Shown: positions 53,811 to 64,000 of the stretch, one piece after another
How positions within the stretch are numbered: position 1 is the stretch's first letter
How the letters are laid out: the number at the start of each line of letters is the position of its first letter
Assembly: GCF_006345805.1 (NCBI RefSeq)
Contig: NC_042998.1
Coordinates: forward strand, 118,544,001-118,608,000
Direction: 5' to 3'
DNA: 64,000 bases
DNA from: Octopus sinensis
Lineage: Eukaryota
The notes under the pieces: generated by a model
The model's database searches: none
What the model saw: only the letters and a program-made list of their open reading frames with translations
What the model was told of the DNA's origin: nothing
Program-made: the position numbers and the translations under genes

Positions 53811-56268
53811 GTTAATCATAACTTGCTACTAGAAATTACTGTCCTTCGTATATCTTTTTGGATAAATGTTGCTCAAATTTGGAACTTGTCTTACTTTACA
53901 ACTGATTTGTATATTCTTCTATTATATTTTTGTGCTTTTCATTTTTTTATCGATATAACAGGAATGAGAGTTGATCGATCAGTGAGCAGATACTATTTAC
54001 AATGCTACCTACTACGCATCTAATACCGACTATTTGGAAAGGAAATATTGATTTGGAATTTGAATAACACAATCAGATAAGATAAAGGATTTCTTTTTTT
54101 CTTTATTACAGGTAACAGCTTTTCTGGTTACTTATATATGGAAACATGGAAACATTAAACATCAACGAACATTCTCTAGTTGAATAGATATTGTATGCCT
54201 ATATGTCTCGATTTCATGAAGTAAGCAGTGCACCATAATTTGAGAAAAATATGTACATAATTTTATTCAAAAGTTTCATTAGTAAAAGTGAATACAGACC
54301 ACCGGTGATAAGTTGTCAACAAATGGATAAATAATTTCAAATTTTTAGGTAATGGCGTATATTTCCTATCCTCCGAAGATGGTTGTTTTTAACTTCACTA
54401 TTTCCCTGCAAAGTTCAGTTAATATATATTATATCCGTTCAAAGATTCATTTTCTTTTTTTCAATTTGTAGTTATAAGCATTTCAAATAAAAACTATCTG
54501 CAAGAAATGCATGAACATTGTAATACATCTCAATCTCATAGGCGAGCTTGTATAAATACATTAATCTAAGGTTTCATAAGTTACACAAATATTCTTGTCG
54601 TCTTATTTCTAAGTAAAATCGCGACTGCATATATTTTCAAACTGGCCTTATATCTAATTCTAACAGCCAGTCCTGTGAATCAAGAAGTCTTATTTTGTTA
54701 ATATTAATTGCATGAATATTGATTACACATGTCGTATTTTAGGTACTGCAAGAAATGTGTCAATTTGATATGCGGATTGATTAACTTGGCGGTTGTACGA
54801 CAAACTTTACATGAAAAATTACCAAAGCTGTTTCGGCATCTTGAAAATTAGTCTTCACTAAAAGTAACATTGAAATGATGGAAGTAAATGAAATCCAAAT
54901 ATTTATTTAGTCTTCATCAATCGATATCAAGTTCAATGCCTCATGTAAGTTTCTTCTGAATCAATCGTTTGTGTGTGTTTAACAGAGAGAAATGCAATAA
55001 CATAACTTTGTGTTTTATTAGTTAATCGAGGCGCAGCTGGTTAAATCGACAAATAGATCGATTACGTGTCCTTCGATTTTTTGTGACGTACCTATGTTTA
55101 AGACTTAAATCACTGGCTGATCCAATCAATATGAATGTGAATCAGTACCTTGTTAAAGCGGTATTTGACTGCTGCAACAATCTGCAGCATTATATATCGC
55201 TATATAATTGTTTTACTCACCTGATATCTTCAACTTAAATCATATCTTTGGTAAAATATTAGGGTTGGGTGGTGGTTAAGTTTCATGTAGATGAGTAATA
55301 AGTTTGTTATATTGTAATTTGTGAACAATAGGTACACATTTTTAGACAGACCTTCCATTGGTTCATTGCAAGGGCAAAGACCATAATATCGTTGCTCCCT
55401 CTGATATATTTTGCAACAATATATATTTATTGATCAATTTATTAGTTACTAAATTATTTGGTAACCAATATACAAATCAAAAGAAAATTATTTATTCATG
55501 CATTTGAATATTCATGTACATATACTTGAAATACATGTTCTGTATATTTCAGAGCGAACACCATAATGTATGTTTTATATTCTCCAACTGCTTATGCTTA
55601 ATAACATTTAATAATCTAATTAGTAATCTCAATCTCATTAAGCTTTATTTCTATAGTCCAGTGAGCATTAATTATTTCCCAATTCAGTGAACAATAGGTC
55701 GGCTGAGTGTATGAAACCATATTTAATGCATTGACTGTTTAGAAGTCTAAACGAAGATCAAGTCTTCAATTAGAGAGATGAAGATTATACAAGTAGATTG
55801 TTAATTTTATTTTCCATTGTTTACTGGAAGTGCAAAAGGCAATTACACACATGCCCTAAAATGTAATTGATGTCTATCTAACAATGAAACCTTTTCTACA
55901 AAATGAGAAATCTGTTAGGGGACATCATTCAGAGTTCATTGCACCATCTGACACTTAGTTGAATCTCCCAAAACCTATTTTCTATATGAGATGTAAAAAA
56001 CATCAAAATTTTTCCAGCAAAACAAGCTACATTTGAGTTAATACAACTTGAACAATATAGAAAGTGAATTGTATTCACTTGATATGTATAGAATGTCGTT
56101 CTTTGAAATAAAAAGAGGAAAAGATATAGAATCCCGTTAAATATACAAATTCCAGATAAACATATTTGCTCATATCTGTTAAATGAAATTATCCATCCAA
56201 AATGAGTTTATTTAAAATTTAAGATAATATGTAAGAAGAATTTTTGTTTTTAGCATCTTCTATACATA

Positions 56269-56321
<53 letters not shown>

Positions 56322-56325
<4 letters not shown>

Positions 56326-57097
56326 CAAAATGGGACAAGAGCGCAAAACATCCAGACAGTTAGGTGATACAAAAAAGGTCAACAAAACATTCATGTAGAC
56401 AATACAAAGAAAACAAGGAAGGGTCATTTGGTGTTTTCTTTCCTCAGTCGAGTTCCAGACTATCTTTGCAATTTCGGCTGGTTATACTCGAGATTGTTCC
56501 AATCTGGCCAGCCCCAAAGAAAAACTAATCTAAGAGCATTAGATTCCTTGGAAGAAACAAGGACGGAAAAAACTGAGAATGTTACATAAATACAAATAAC
56601 AGGACATAACAACAGGTGTCTTCCGACTAAGGACGAATTAAATTAATCTGGTGTGTGTGGAAGGAAAGCCTTACGGCAGGAATACAAGATTTCTCAGGCA
56701 CAGGGAGGAATATAGATGTCGCAGGGACGGCGGCCGAACCAAGAAAGAAAGGTCAGGCTTGGCCGAACACCCGTCACGTGGGGAGAGAAGAGAGAGAGGT
56801 AGAGGCAGAGGGACAGAAGAAATAAGGAGGGGCAAGAAAAAATGATAGGGATACAGTGAAGTGAAACGAGGAGGGAAAGTGAGCATGAAGAGAAAAAAAC
56901 GAAGAACAAACAAGAAAAAATAACGAGAGGACGTGGCACATGCAAATTATCAGCAGACGTTCAGGGAAGGAAAGAAAGGTAGTTTTACGTTTCGAGCAAA
57001 CCACTCATTCAGAAACAGGAGATAAAGAAAAGTCCAAGAGAAAATGAAGGCGGAGGAAAAAAAATCGCCACCGATTCACATGTGGTTACATTTTGAC
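56322..57097 (-). mobile_element. (TA)n-flanked Penelope-terminal-repeat-like non-coding element with two degenerate hammerhead-like motifs
   Basis: The right part is homologous to 5133-5350. Minus strand reads GTTT-CTGAAT-GAGT-GGTTT-GCTC-GAAA-CG-TA-AAAC at ~56982-57016, with a second CTGAGGAAAG motif at ~56425-56450. Confidence 0.55.
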
Positions 57098-57267
57098 AAA
57101 CATATTTCAATACATGTGTGTGTGTGTATCAGAGAAGTGACAGAGGGTATTGACTAATTGCTAATAAGCCACCCTTTATAATCTATATATATATATATAT
57201 ATATATATTTAAGCACAAACAGAAACACACGCGCACGTGTGTGTGTGCGCGCGCGTGTGTACGGGCG

Positions 57268-57338
<71 letters not shown>

Positions 57339-57656
57339 CTTTGTGTGTGGTGTGTGTGTGCGTGTGTGTACATATGTGTGTAAATGTGTGTCGGAAAAGT
57401 AGAACATATGCAGGTGCGTTAAAACAAGTATATCCCTGAAAATTTTAAAATTTTCATGGGATGAGTGCTCCGCGAATTCTGACGGAATTTGCAAATAAGG
57501 AGAGATAAGTTCAAGAATGAAGTCTTGCGATTGACGAAAATGACATGCGATTAACGAGAAGAAAATTTGAATGTCTCAAGAGGAGGCTCTGAACAACTGT
57601 TTTTCTTTCAGCAGGCATCATCATCACAGCGATTGTTTAAGCCTATATTCAACAGA

Positions 57657-57885
57657 GGGCGAACTGGCAGAAACGTTAGCACGCCGGGCGAAATGCTTAG
57701 CAGTATTTCGTCTGCCGCTACGTTCTGAGTTCAAATTCCGCCGAGGTCGACTTTGCCTTTCATCCTTTCGGGGTCGATAAATAAAGTACCAGTTACGCAC
57801 TGGGGTCGATGAAATCAACTTAATCCCTTTGTCTGTCCTTGTTTGTCCCCTCTATGTTTAGCCCCTTGTGGGCAATAAAGAAATA
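57657..57885 (+). mobile_element. tRNA-derived SINE family B, full length with 13-bp TSD
   Basis: TATATTCAACAGA occurs at 57644-57656 and 57886-57898. A box TGGCAGAAACG, B box GAGTTCAAATTC, tail GGCAATAAAGAAATA. Confidence 0.92.
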
Positions 57886-58643
57886 TATATTCAACAGACG
57901 AAACCCATAGAAATATACAGCATGGAGCACAACTCATATATGACCTAGGTAATTTGCATAAATTAAAACATTCATACATGCACCTATCGCTCGGCCATAG
58001 ATGCTAATAGATTGTGGATTCCTTATCTATCGACTCCTTGTACATTCCATATTAATATTGACACTAACAGCGAACTTGACACTAACACCTGACTAACGGC
58101 ATGGCCTCTACAAAAAGGAAATTTTATGTACCAATGAAACTTATTTCCTCAAATAATCGCAATAATTGTATCCTCGATGACACCAGCTCTCTGCTTCACG
58201 TACTAACCTTTGTCTTATTATATTTTCACAAAAGCATTTTGTTATCTTTATATAATCTTTCATCGTGTCTAATTTCACGCATGCACACACGTCTCAAACC
58301 TAACACATAAACACAAATGAAACAAAAGTAAAAACAAGCAACCCCAAAATAGCAAACACAGCACATTCACCATTCTCACAAATAAAAACCAATAAATAAA
58401 ATTTGCATTACTGAAAGTCATATATCATGACTTTCTCACCCGAGATGAAAGCACTACCCACGGTGATGCATTGAACTTTCCAGTACACACAATAAACATG
58501 TTAAAAGTGTATTCAGTTCTCTCATTGTTTGATGTAGTCACACGTAGTACACTATACTTTTAGTTATGTATATGTGTGTCTGTGAGTACGTGCGTGGATT
58601 GTTGTAGTTCGATTTTACACAAATACACACACAAATAGACACG

Positions 58644-58680
<37 letters not shown>

Positions 58681-58695
58681 GCTTACGTATTCATA

Positions 58696-58737
<42 letters not shown>

Positions 58738-60244
58738 GTATATGCGGTGGGTATGCTAGTGGGGCTTACGTGTGAGTGAATCGAGTGAGTGCATATACAA
58801 GTTCAAATATTTCGGAAAGGATTAGAAATCAAATTATCTATATATATATATTCCTTCTTATTCATTCCTTATTTCTTTCATGTTTGAGGAACAATTTTTC
58901 AATAATAAACACAGTAATATTTTTATCGCTTACAAACAATCTTTCAGTAAGATATTGTTTTATTTTATGCAAACGGTTACACACACATATACATATTCGT
59001 GTGTGTGTATGTACATATACATACATATAGTAGCATGTATATATAAAGTCTGTGGCCTCAGTTTAATGCAAATATAAAATGCATTCAATACAAATATAGA
59101 GTAAATTGTGTTTCCACAATATATATGTATATACTACATTATACATAATACACACACACACACTAATACATTCATACATATAGTGCAAATGTTACGGAAA
59201 CTACAACACAAAGACGTTACAAAAACTACTAGTTGATATTAGTTTGATACTCAGTAAATGATGGGTATATACATGCATATATATATATATGAGGGTGTGT
59301 TAATATATATACGTATATGTATATATGCGTGTGTGTAGGTCTCTGTGTGTGTATGTGTGCGTATGTACATACATGTCAGGTCACTTATAAGGCTCTCAGA
59401 AGTACCATTGGAAACATGGAATCCAGTACAACCTGTTGCCTGATCAGGTCGTCGGTGACTAAAGCGGCACCCCCACAAGGCTACCCTGGTGAGGAGGATT
59501 ACTAGAAACCCAGTAGGATTGAAAACAAGGTTGGATGAACCTAGTGCAGGCTTAACGGCTATCTAGCAATAGATAGAACCTCTGGGATGATGTCCGGCGT
59601 GCTAAAAGACCACTAGGAGTGAGGCAACCCTCAACTTCTGTTGAAGCATGTCTCTAGGAGAAGGTCACTCTGATATAAAACCAGATATGCAAGGAATGAC
59701 ATTGGATATTTTGGGGGTCTTTGGTTTGTGCTAGAGATCTGGGCGATCCCACGTCCCTGAGCCTGCGACTTATATTGGCACCATATTCTTGTTCTGGTTT
59801 GTCTCTGGATAATGACAATAGAGGTTAGAGGGTCTATGAGGTCTCGTGCAAGCATTATTGGACCTAAAACTCTGCACAGGCATTGCTGGCCTTTGCTCGA
59901 TATGTGCTCGATATATTCATTTTATTTTCAGTATATATGTATCTTTATTTTTAGCATATATTTATTTTATTCTTATTCGGAAGTCCTGCGGCAATGGGAA
60001 GGTGGTGAAGCATGCAGACTTGACGAGATGGAAGCATGTCATTAGCCACTAACGGCGCCGCAAAAGCAAAATATAAGTTAGTCCTAGAGCACACATTGTT
60101 TCTGAAGGTCAGCAATGGTCTTCCACGGTCACGAGTGGATGGCCATCGCACGTACATATTTACATATACATATATACATATTCACATATATATTAATATA
60201 AAATATAAGTATATATATATATATTTATATATACACACACACAC

Positions 60245-60277
<33 letters not shown>

Positions 60278-60357
60278 CACACACATACATACATATGTGT
60301 GTATGTGTGTATCTTTCTAAATATACTACATACATACATATATATAAATATATATAT

Positions 60358-60497
60358 ACGACGAGCTTCTTTCAGTTCCTGTATACCAAATCCACTCAAG
60401 ATTTAGTAGAAAACACTTGCCGAAGATACCACGTAGTGAGACTGAACGCATTTGGCCGGAAAGCAAGCTTCTAACAACACACCCGCACCTGCGCCTA
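60358..60497 (-). mobile_element. SINE family A 5' half
   Basis: Reverse complement of GGCGCAGG...AAGCTTGCTT...GAACTGAAAGAAGC. Confidence 0.75.
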
Positions 60498-61620
60498 TAA
60501 TCTAATTGCATTTTACCTTTTTCGCTCGAAATACACGCAAGTAATGAATATTTTTAAATTTCAAGTATGAGTCTTCACATCCACATGAGTAAGGACTGAT
60601 AAATAATTTATACAATTTCATGTTTCTTAATTTTTCTCATACACACTTCATGACTTATTTCGGTTCTCTCATTATCTTACGCTTAAAGCGAAATCTTTCA
60701 GACTCATTAAGCCTCGGAAAAATGAAAACATTTTGTGATATTTGTTCCGACACTATATTTTCAGTATAGACCATGCCGCGGTCAACTTTGGCTTTCAATA
60801 TTTTGGGATGAAATAAAATCTCAGTTGAGTTCTAGACCGATGGCTTCAACTAACGTCCTTCCCTCAAAATTATGAAGCATTTTACCGAAATCAGAAACCA
60901 ACATTTATCTTATGTTAAGGGCAATGAGCTGGAAGAATAGTTTGAGCATCAGAAAAAATACTCTACGTCATATTTGATGTTTACTTTCAAACCGAAAATC
61001 ATAAACGCTGTCTTCCATCGTTCCCGGATCGTTAAAATAAAACAACATTCAAATATTAGAACTGATGGTCTTGACAAAAATTCACCCTATATAATCGTTT
61101 GTTGATTACTTGGACAGCTCATCAGAATCTATACAGAAAGAAATTTAACCCTTCATCTCTCGGAGATGGAATGTTGGTCAAAAAGTCATAAAAAGATAAA
61201 AGTTCCGGCGTTGGTGAGGACGGGTTATCTCCTCTAGACGAGCCAATTTGAGGAAGAGGGATCGATCCCCTGGCCTGCTAACAAAACGGAAGAACTCTTA
61301 TGAGCGAACGGGGAATCCCAATTTTGCAACAGGTAGCGCTTAAAGTGGATACATTGTGAGAATATTTCTTAGCGTGTATTCCTCTTTAGGCTCTTACTAC
61401 ATTCAGTGCCTTCTTTCAGCGCCTTGTAGAATTTTTAATTGAATGAATCGATCCCAACACTTTTGTCTAAGACTGGTACGTATTCAATCTGTCTCTTTTG
61501 CCGGACCACTCAATTACACTGACGTAAATTCACAAAAAAAACGTAAATTCACCGTTTTCAAGTGGTGTTAGGGGAAAAACAGACACAAATACACATATAC
61601 ACATATACGTGTATATATAT

Positions 61621-61915
61621 AGCCGACCAGGCTATCAGATGTTGCTACACATCGCTAGTCACAATGCGCTTTGCATTGTTTTAGCCTTCAAATACGCCAC
61701 CCCGCTGGCTAAGCGAGCAGGCCAAAAGGAGAAAGAGTGAGAGAAAGTTGTGGCGAAAGAGGACAGCAGGGATCGCCACCACCCCCTGCCAGTGCCTCGT
61801 GGAGCTTTAGTTGCTTTCGCTCAGTAAACACTCTCAACGCCCGGTCTGGGAATTGAAGCCGCGATCCTACGACAGCGAGTTCGCTGCGCAAACCACTGGG
61901 CCATTCACCTCCATG
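61621..61915 (-). mobile_element. tRNA-derived SINE family C
   Basis: Minus strand has TGGCCCAGTGG (A box)...GGCTTCAATTCCC (B box) and a GC-rich body, flanked by (TA)n. Confidence 0.75.
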
Positions 61916-61923
61916 CACCCCCC

Positions 61924-61976
<53 letters not shown>

Positions 61977-61983
61977 CACATAC

Positions 61984-62050
<67 letters not shown>

Positions 62051-62065
62051 TACATATATATATAT

Positions 62066-62224
62066 GATGCGCTTCTTTCAGTTTCTGTTTGCCAAATCCA
62101 TTCACAAGTCTTTGGTCAGACCGAGGCTTTAGTAGGAGATACTTGCTCGAGGTGACACGCAAGAGGATTGAACATAAAACCATCTGGTTAAGGAGTGAGC
62201 CTCTTACCACACAGCCACGGCTGT
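62066..62224 (-). mobile_element. SINE family A 5' half
   Basis: Reverse complement of GTGGCTGTGTGGTAAG...GAAACTGAAAGAAGC. Confidence 0.8.
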
Positions 62225-63046
62225 GAATATATGTGAATGCATACATCAATATATGTGTATATGTATGCATATATATTATACATGTATCTATCTATCTATC
62301 TGCCTATCTACCTATTTCTCCTTTTCCTTCCCTCTCCTTCTATCTCTCCCTTTATATATATATATATATATATATATTCATACATACAGACGCATGCGTT
62401 TGTGTACATTCGCGTGCTTGTTTGCGCGCGTACGATTGAGTATGCACGTATGTTTGAGTGCGCGCGTGTGAACTTAGCGTGCTTGCGTCTGTTTATGTGT
62501 AAAAACTCATCAATTTTTTTTTTTTGTAACCTTATTGAATATTTATACTTAACCGTTGTATTCTTTTTATCCTATTTACACTTGCATAAATAAATCAAAA
62601 AGACTTCTCTTTTATCTCTCTTTTCATCGTTGTCTTCATTAACTATCATCTTGACTCATTTCTCCTCAATTTTGTTTGCCATTAAACCCCTCCATTCATT
62701 CGTTTGAATTTTTAATGCCTCGCTACCCTCCACCGCTGTATGTTTAGTTGTTTTCTTTTTCCTTCGTATTAAGCGTATATATCAATGTCACTTGTTTCCT
62801 AGCTACATGCCTTGAAGGTTTATGCTGGCATAGTAAACTTCTTTGTCAGAACGTTTTCATGTTTAATGAACGCACTCTGGAAAATTACACTTTACCGTTG
62901 GTGATGCAGAAGCAAAAAGAGCAATGTATGTGTATTTATAAGCACCTAACTAATACGAAATAATACGTTCCTCTTTAATTATTTTCCCAAAATGTCTCTT
63001 AAAATTACGAAACTATTATGGTAGTTTAATAATCATTTGTAATACA

Positions 63047-63377
63047 CACAGGCTTGACTGTTTAGGAACTTGCTTCTCAACAAAATGATTCCGGATCTAG
63101 TCACAGTAAGTAGTACGCTAAACAAGTGCCTTCTATTGTAGAACCTTCCACGCGTGCCGACCAAAGCCTGAAGTGTGAATTTGGTAAGCGGCGACTGAAA
63201 GACGCTCGTCGTATGTATGTATCTCTCTCTCCCTGTTCTATTTCTCTCTGTGTCTCTTTGCTCTCTCTCTCTCTCTCTCTTTCTCTAGATATACATACAT
63301 ACACATATACATATGAATATACGTATATATATGTGGGTGTATATAGATGTACATATATATATATATGTGTGTATGTA

Positions 63378-63420
<43 letters not shown>

Positions 63421-63845
63421 GTATGTATGTATATATCTATATCTATATATAAATATATATGTATATTTATATTTATATATACACATATATATGTATATAT
63501 ATATATATGTATGTATGCATGTATGTATGTGTATGTGTGTGTATATCTTTTATCTGTTAATTGTTACTCGAATGAATCGACCACAGTACTTATTATTAGA
63601 AGCCTAGTACTTATCCTATCACCGTCTTTTGCCGAACCACTAACAAGCGGGTATGTAAACACACCAACACCGGTTGTCAAGCGGCGGTGGGGGTCAAACA
63701 CCGACACAAAATAACACACACATATATAAACATGTAATTATTCGTGGTAAGAAGCTTGCTTCCCAACGATATGATTCCGGGTTCATTTCCACTGCGTGGC
63801 ACACTCGGGCCGTATAAAGCCTTGTGAGTGAATTTGCTAGACATA
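63047..63845. mobile_element. Cluster of SINE family A fragments (63047-63212 +, ~63570-63712 -, 63743-63845 +) with (TA)n
   Basis: Matches to GCCGACCAAAGCC.., CCGAACC.CTAA.. and GTGGTAAGAAGCTTGCTTCCC. Confidence 0.75.
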
Positions 63846-63846
63846 A

Positions 63847-63999
63847 ACGTCCTTATTTGGGTGGCATTTTTATCTTCGGGAAGAGATGGAAGTCCACAGG
63901 TGCTCAATCTGGCGAATAATGCGTGTGCGGTATCGACATCATGTTGTTTTTGGCGAGAAACTCACGAATGAGAAGGGTTCAGTGACAGGGTGCATTGTC
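63847..63999 (-). pseudogene. Mariner (Tc1/mariner DD34D) transposase fragment, running off the window end
   Basis: Manual translation DNAPCH*TLLIREFLAKNNMMSIPHTHYSPD*APVDFHLFPKIK matches the DNAPxH...YSPDLAPxDFxLFPKxK signature. Confidence 0.88.
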
Positions 64000-64000
64000 G

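Noticed and set aside
59385-60150. GC-richer block resembling a LINE 5' UTR
   Set aside because: No diagnostic motif, so it is left unassigned.
61200-61330. GC-rich block as an HDV-like ribozyme or LINE 5' UTR
   Set aside because: I could not complete the P1/P2/P3 nested pseudoknot pairing by eye.
61840-61915. tRNA gene
   Set aside because: A/B boxes are present but there is no cloverleaf and it continues into a SINE body. The same applies to the other SINE heads.

Overview
AT-rich eukaryotic genomic DNA that is intergenic or intronic. It is most likely from an octopus (coleoid cephalopod), judged from the dense (TA)n/(CA)n/(GATA)n/(ATGT)n microsatellites and the tRNA-derived SINE families I recognise from octopus genomes. 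I found no convincing host protein-coding gene, and almost all ORFs in the supplied track are microsatellite read-throughs. The real coding signal is transposon-derived: an ORF1-only Tx1/L1-like insert with a Gypsy LTR/integrase remnant nested inside it (the insert itself splits a SINE), a Helitron N-terminal relic, a Tx1-like ORF2 3' part, a young CR1-type RT fragment with an uninterrupted 439-aa ORF, R4/Dong-like fragments, two Penelope-like elements, an RTE 3' end and a mariner transposase fragment. Three observations stand out. (1) A ~330-bp tandem repeat carries a type I hammerhead ribozyme fold in each copy (retrozyme-like), and several minimal hammerhead-like motifs sit in (TA)n-flanked elements. 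(2) An ORF1-only retroposon is inserted into a SINE head with a 12-bp target-site duplication. (3) One SINE family shares its 3' tail with the Tx1-like LINE. All assignments come from reading and translating by eye, no database search was run, and boundaries are approximate.
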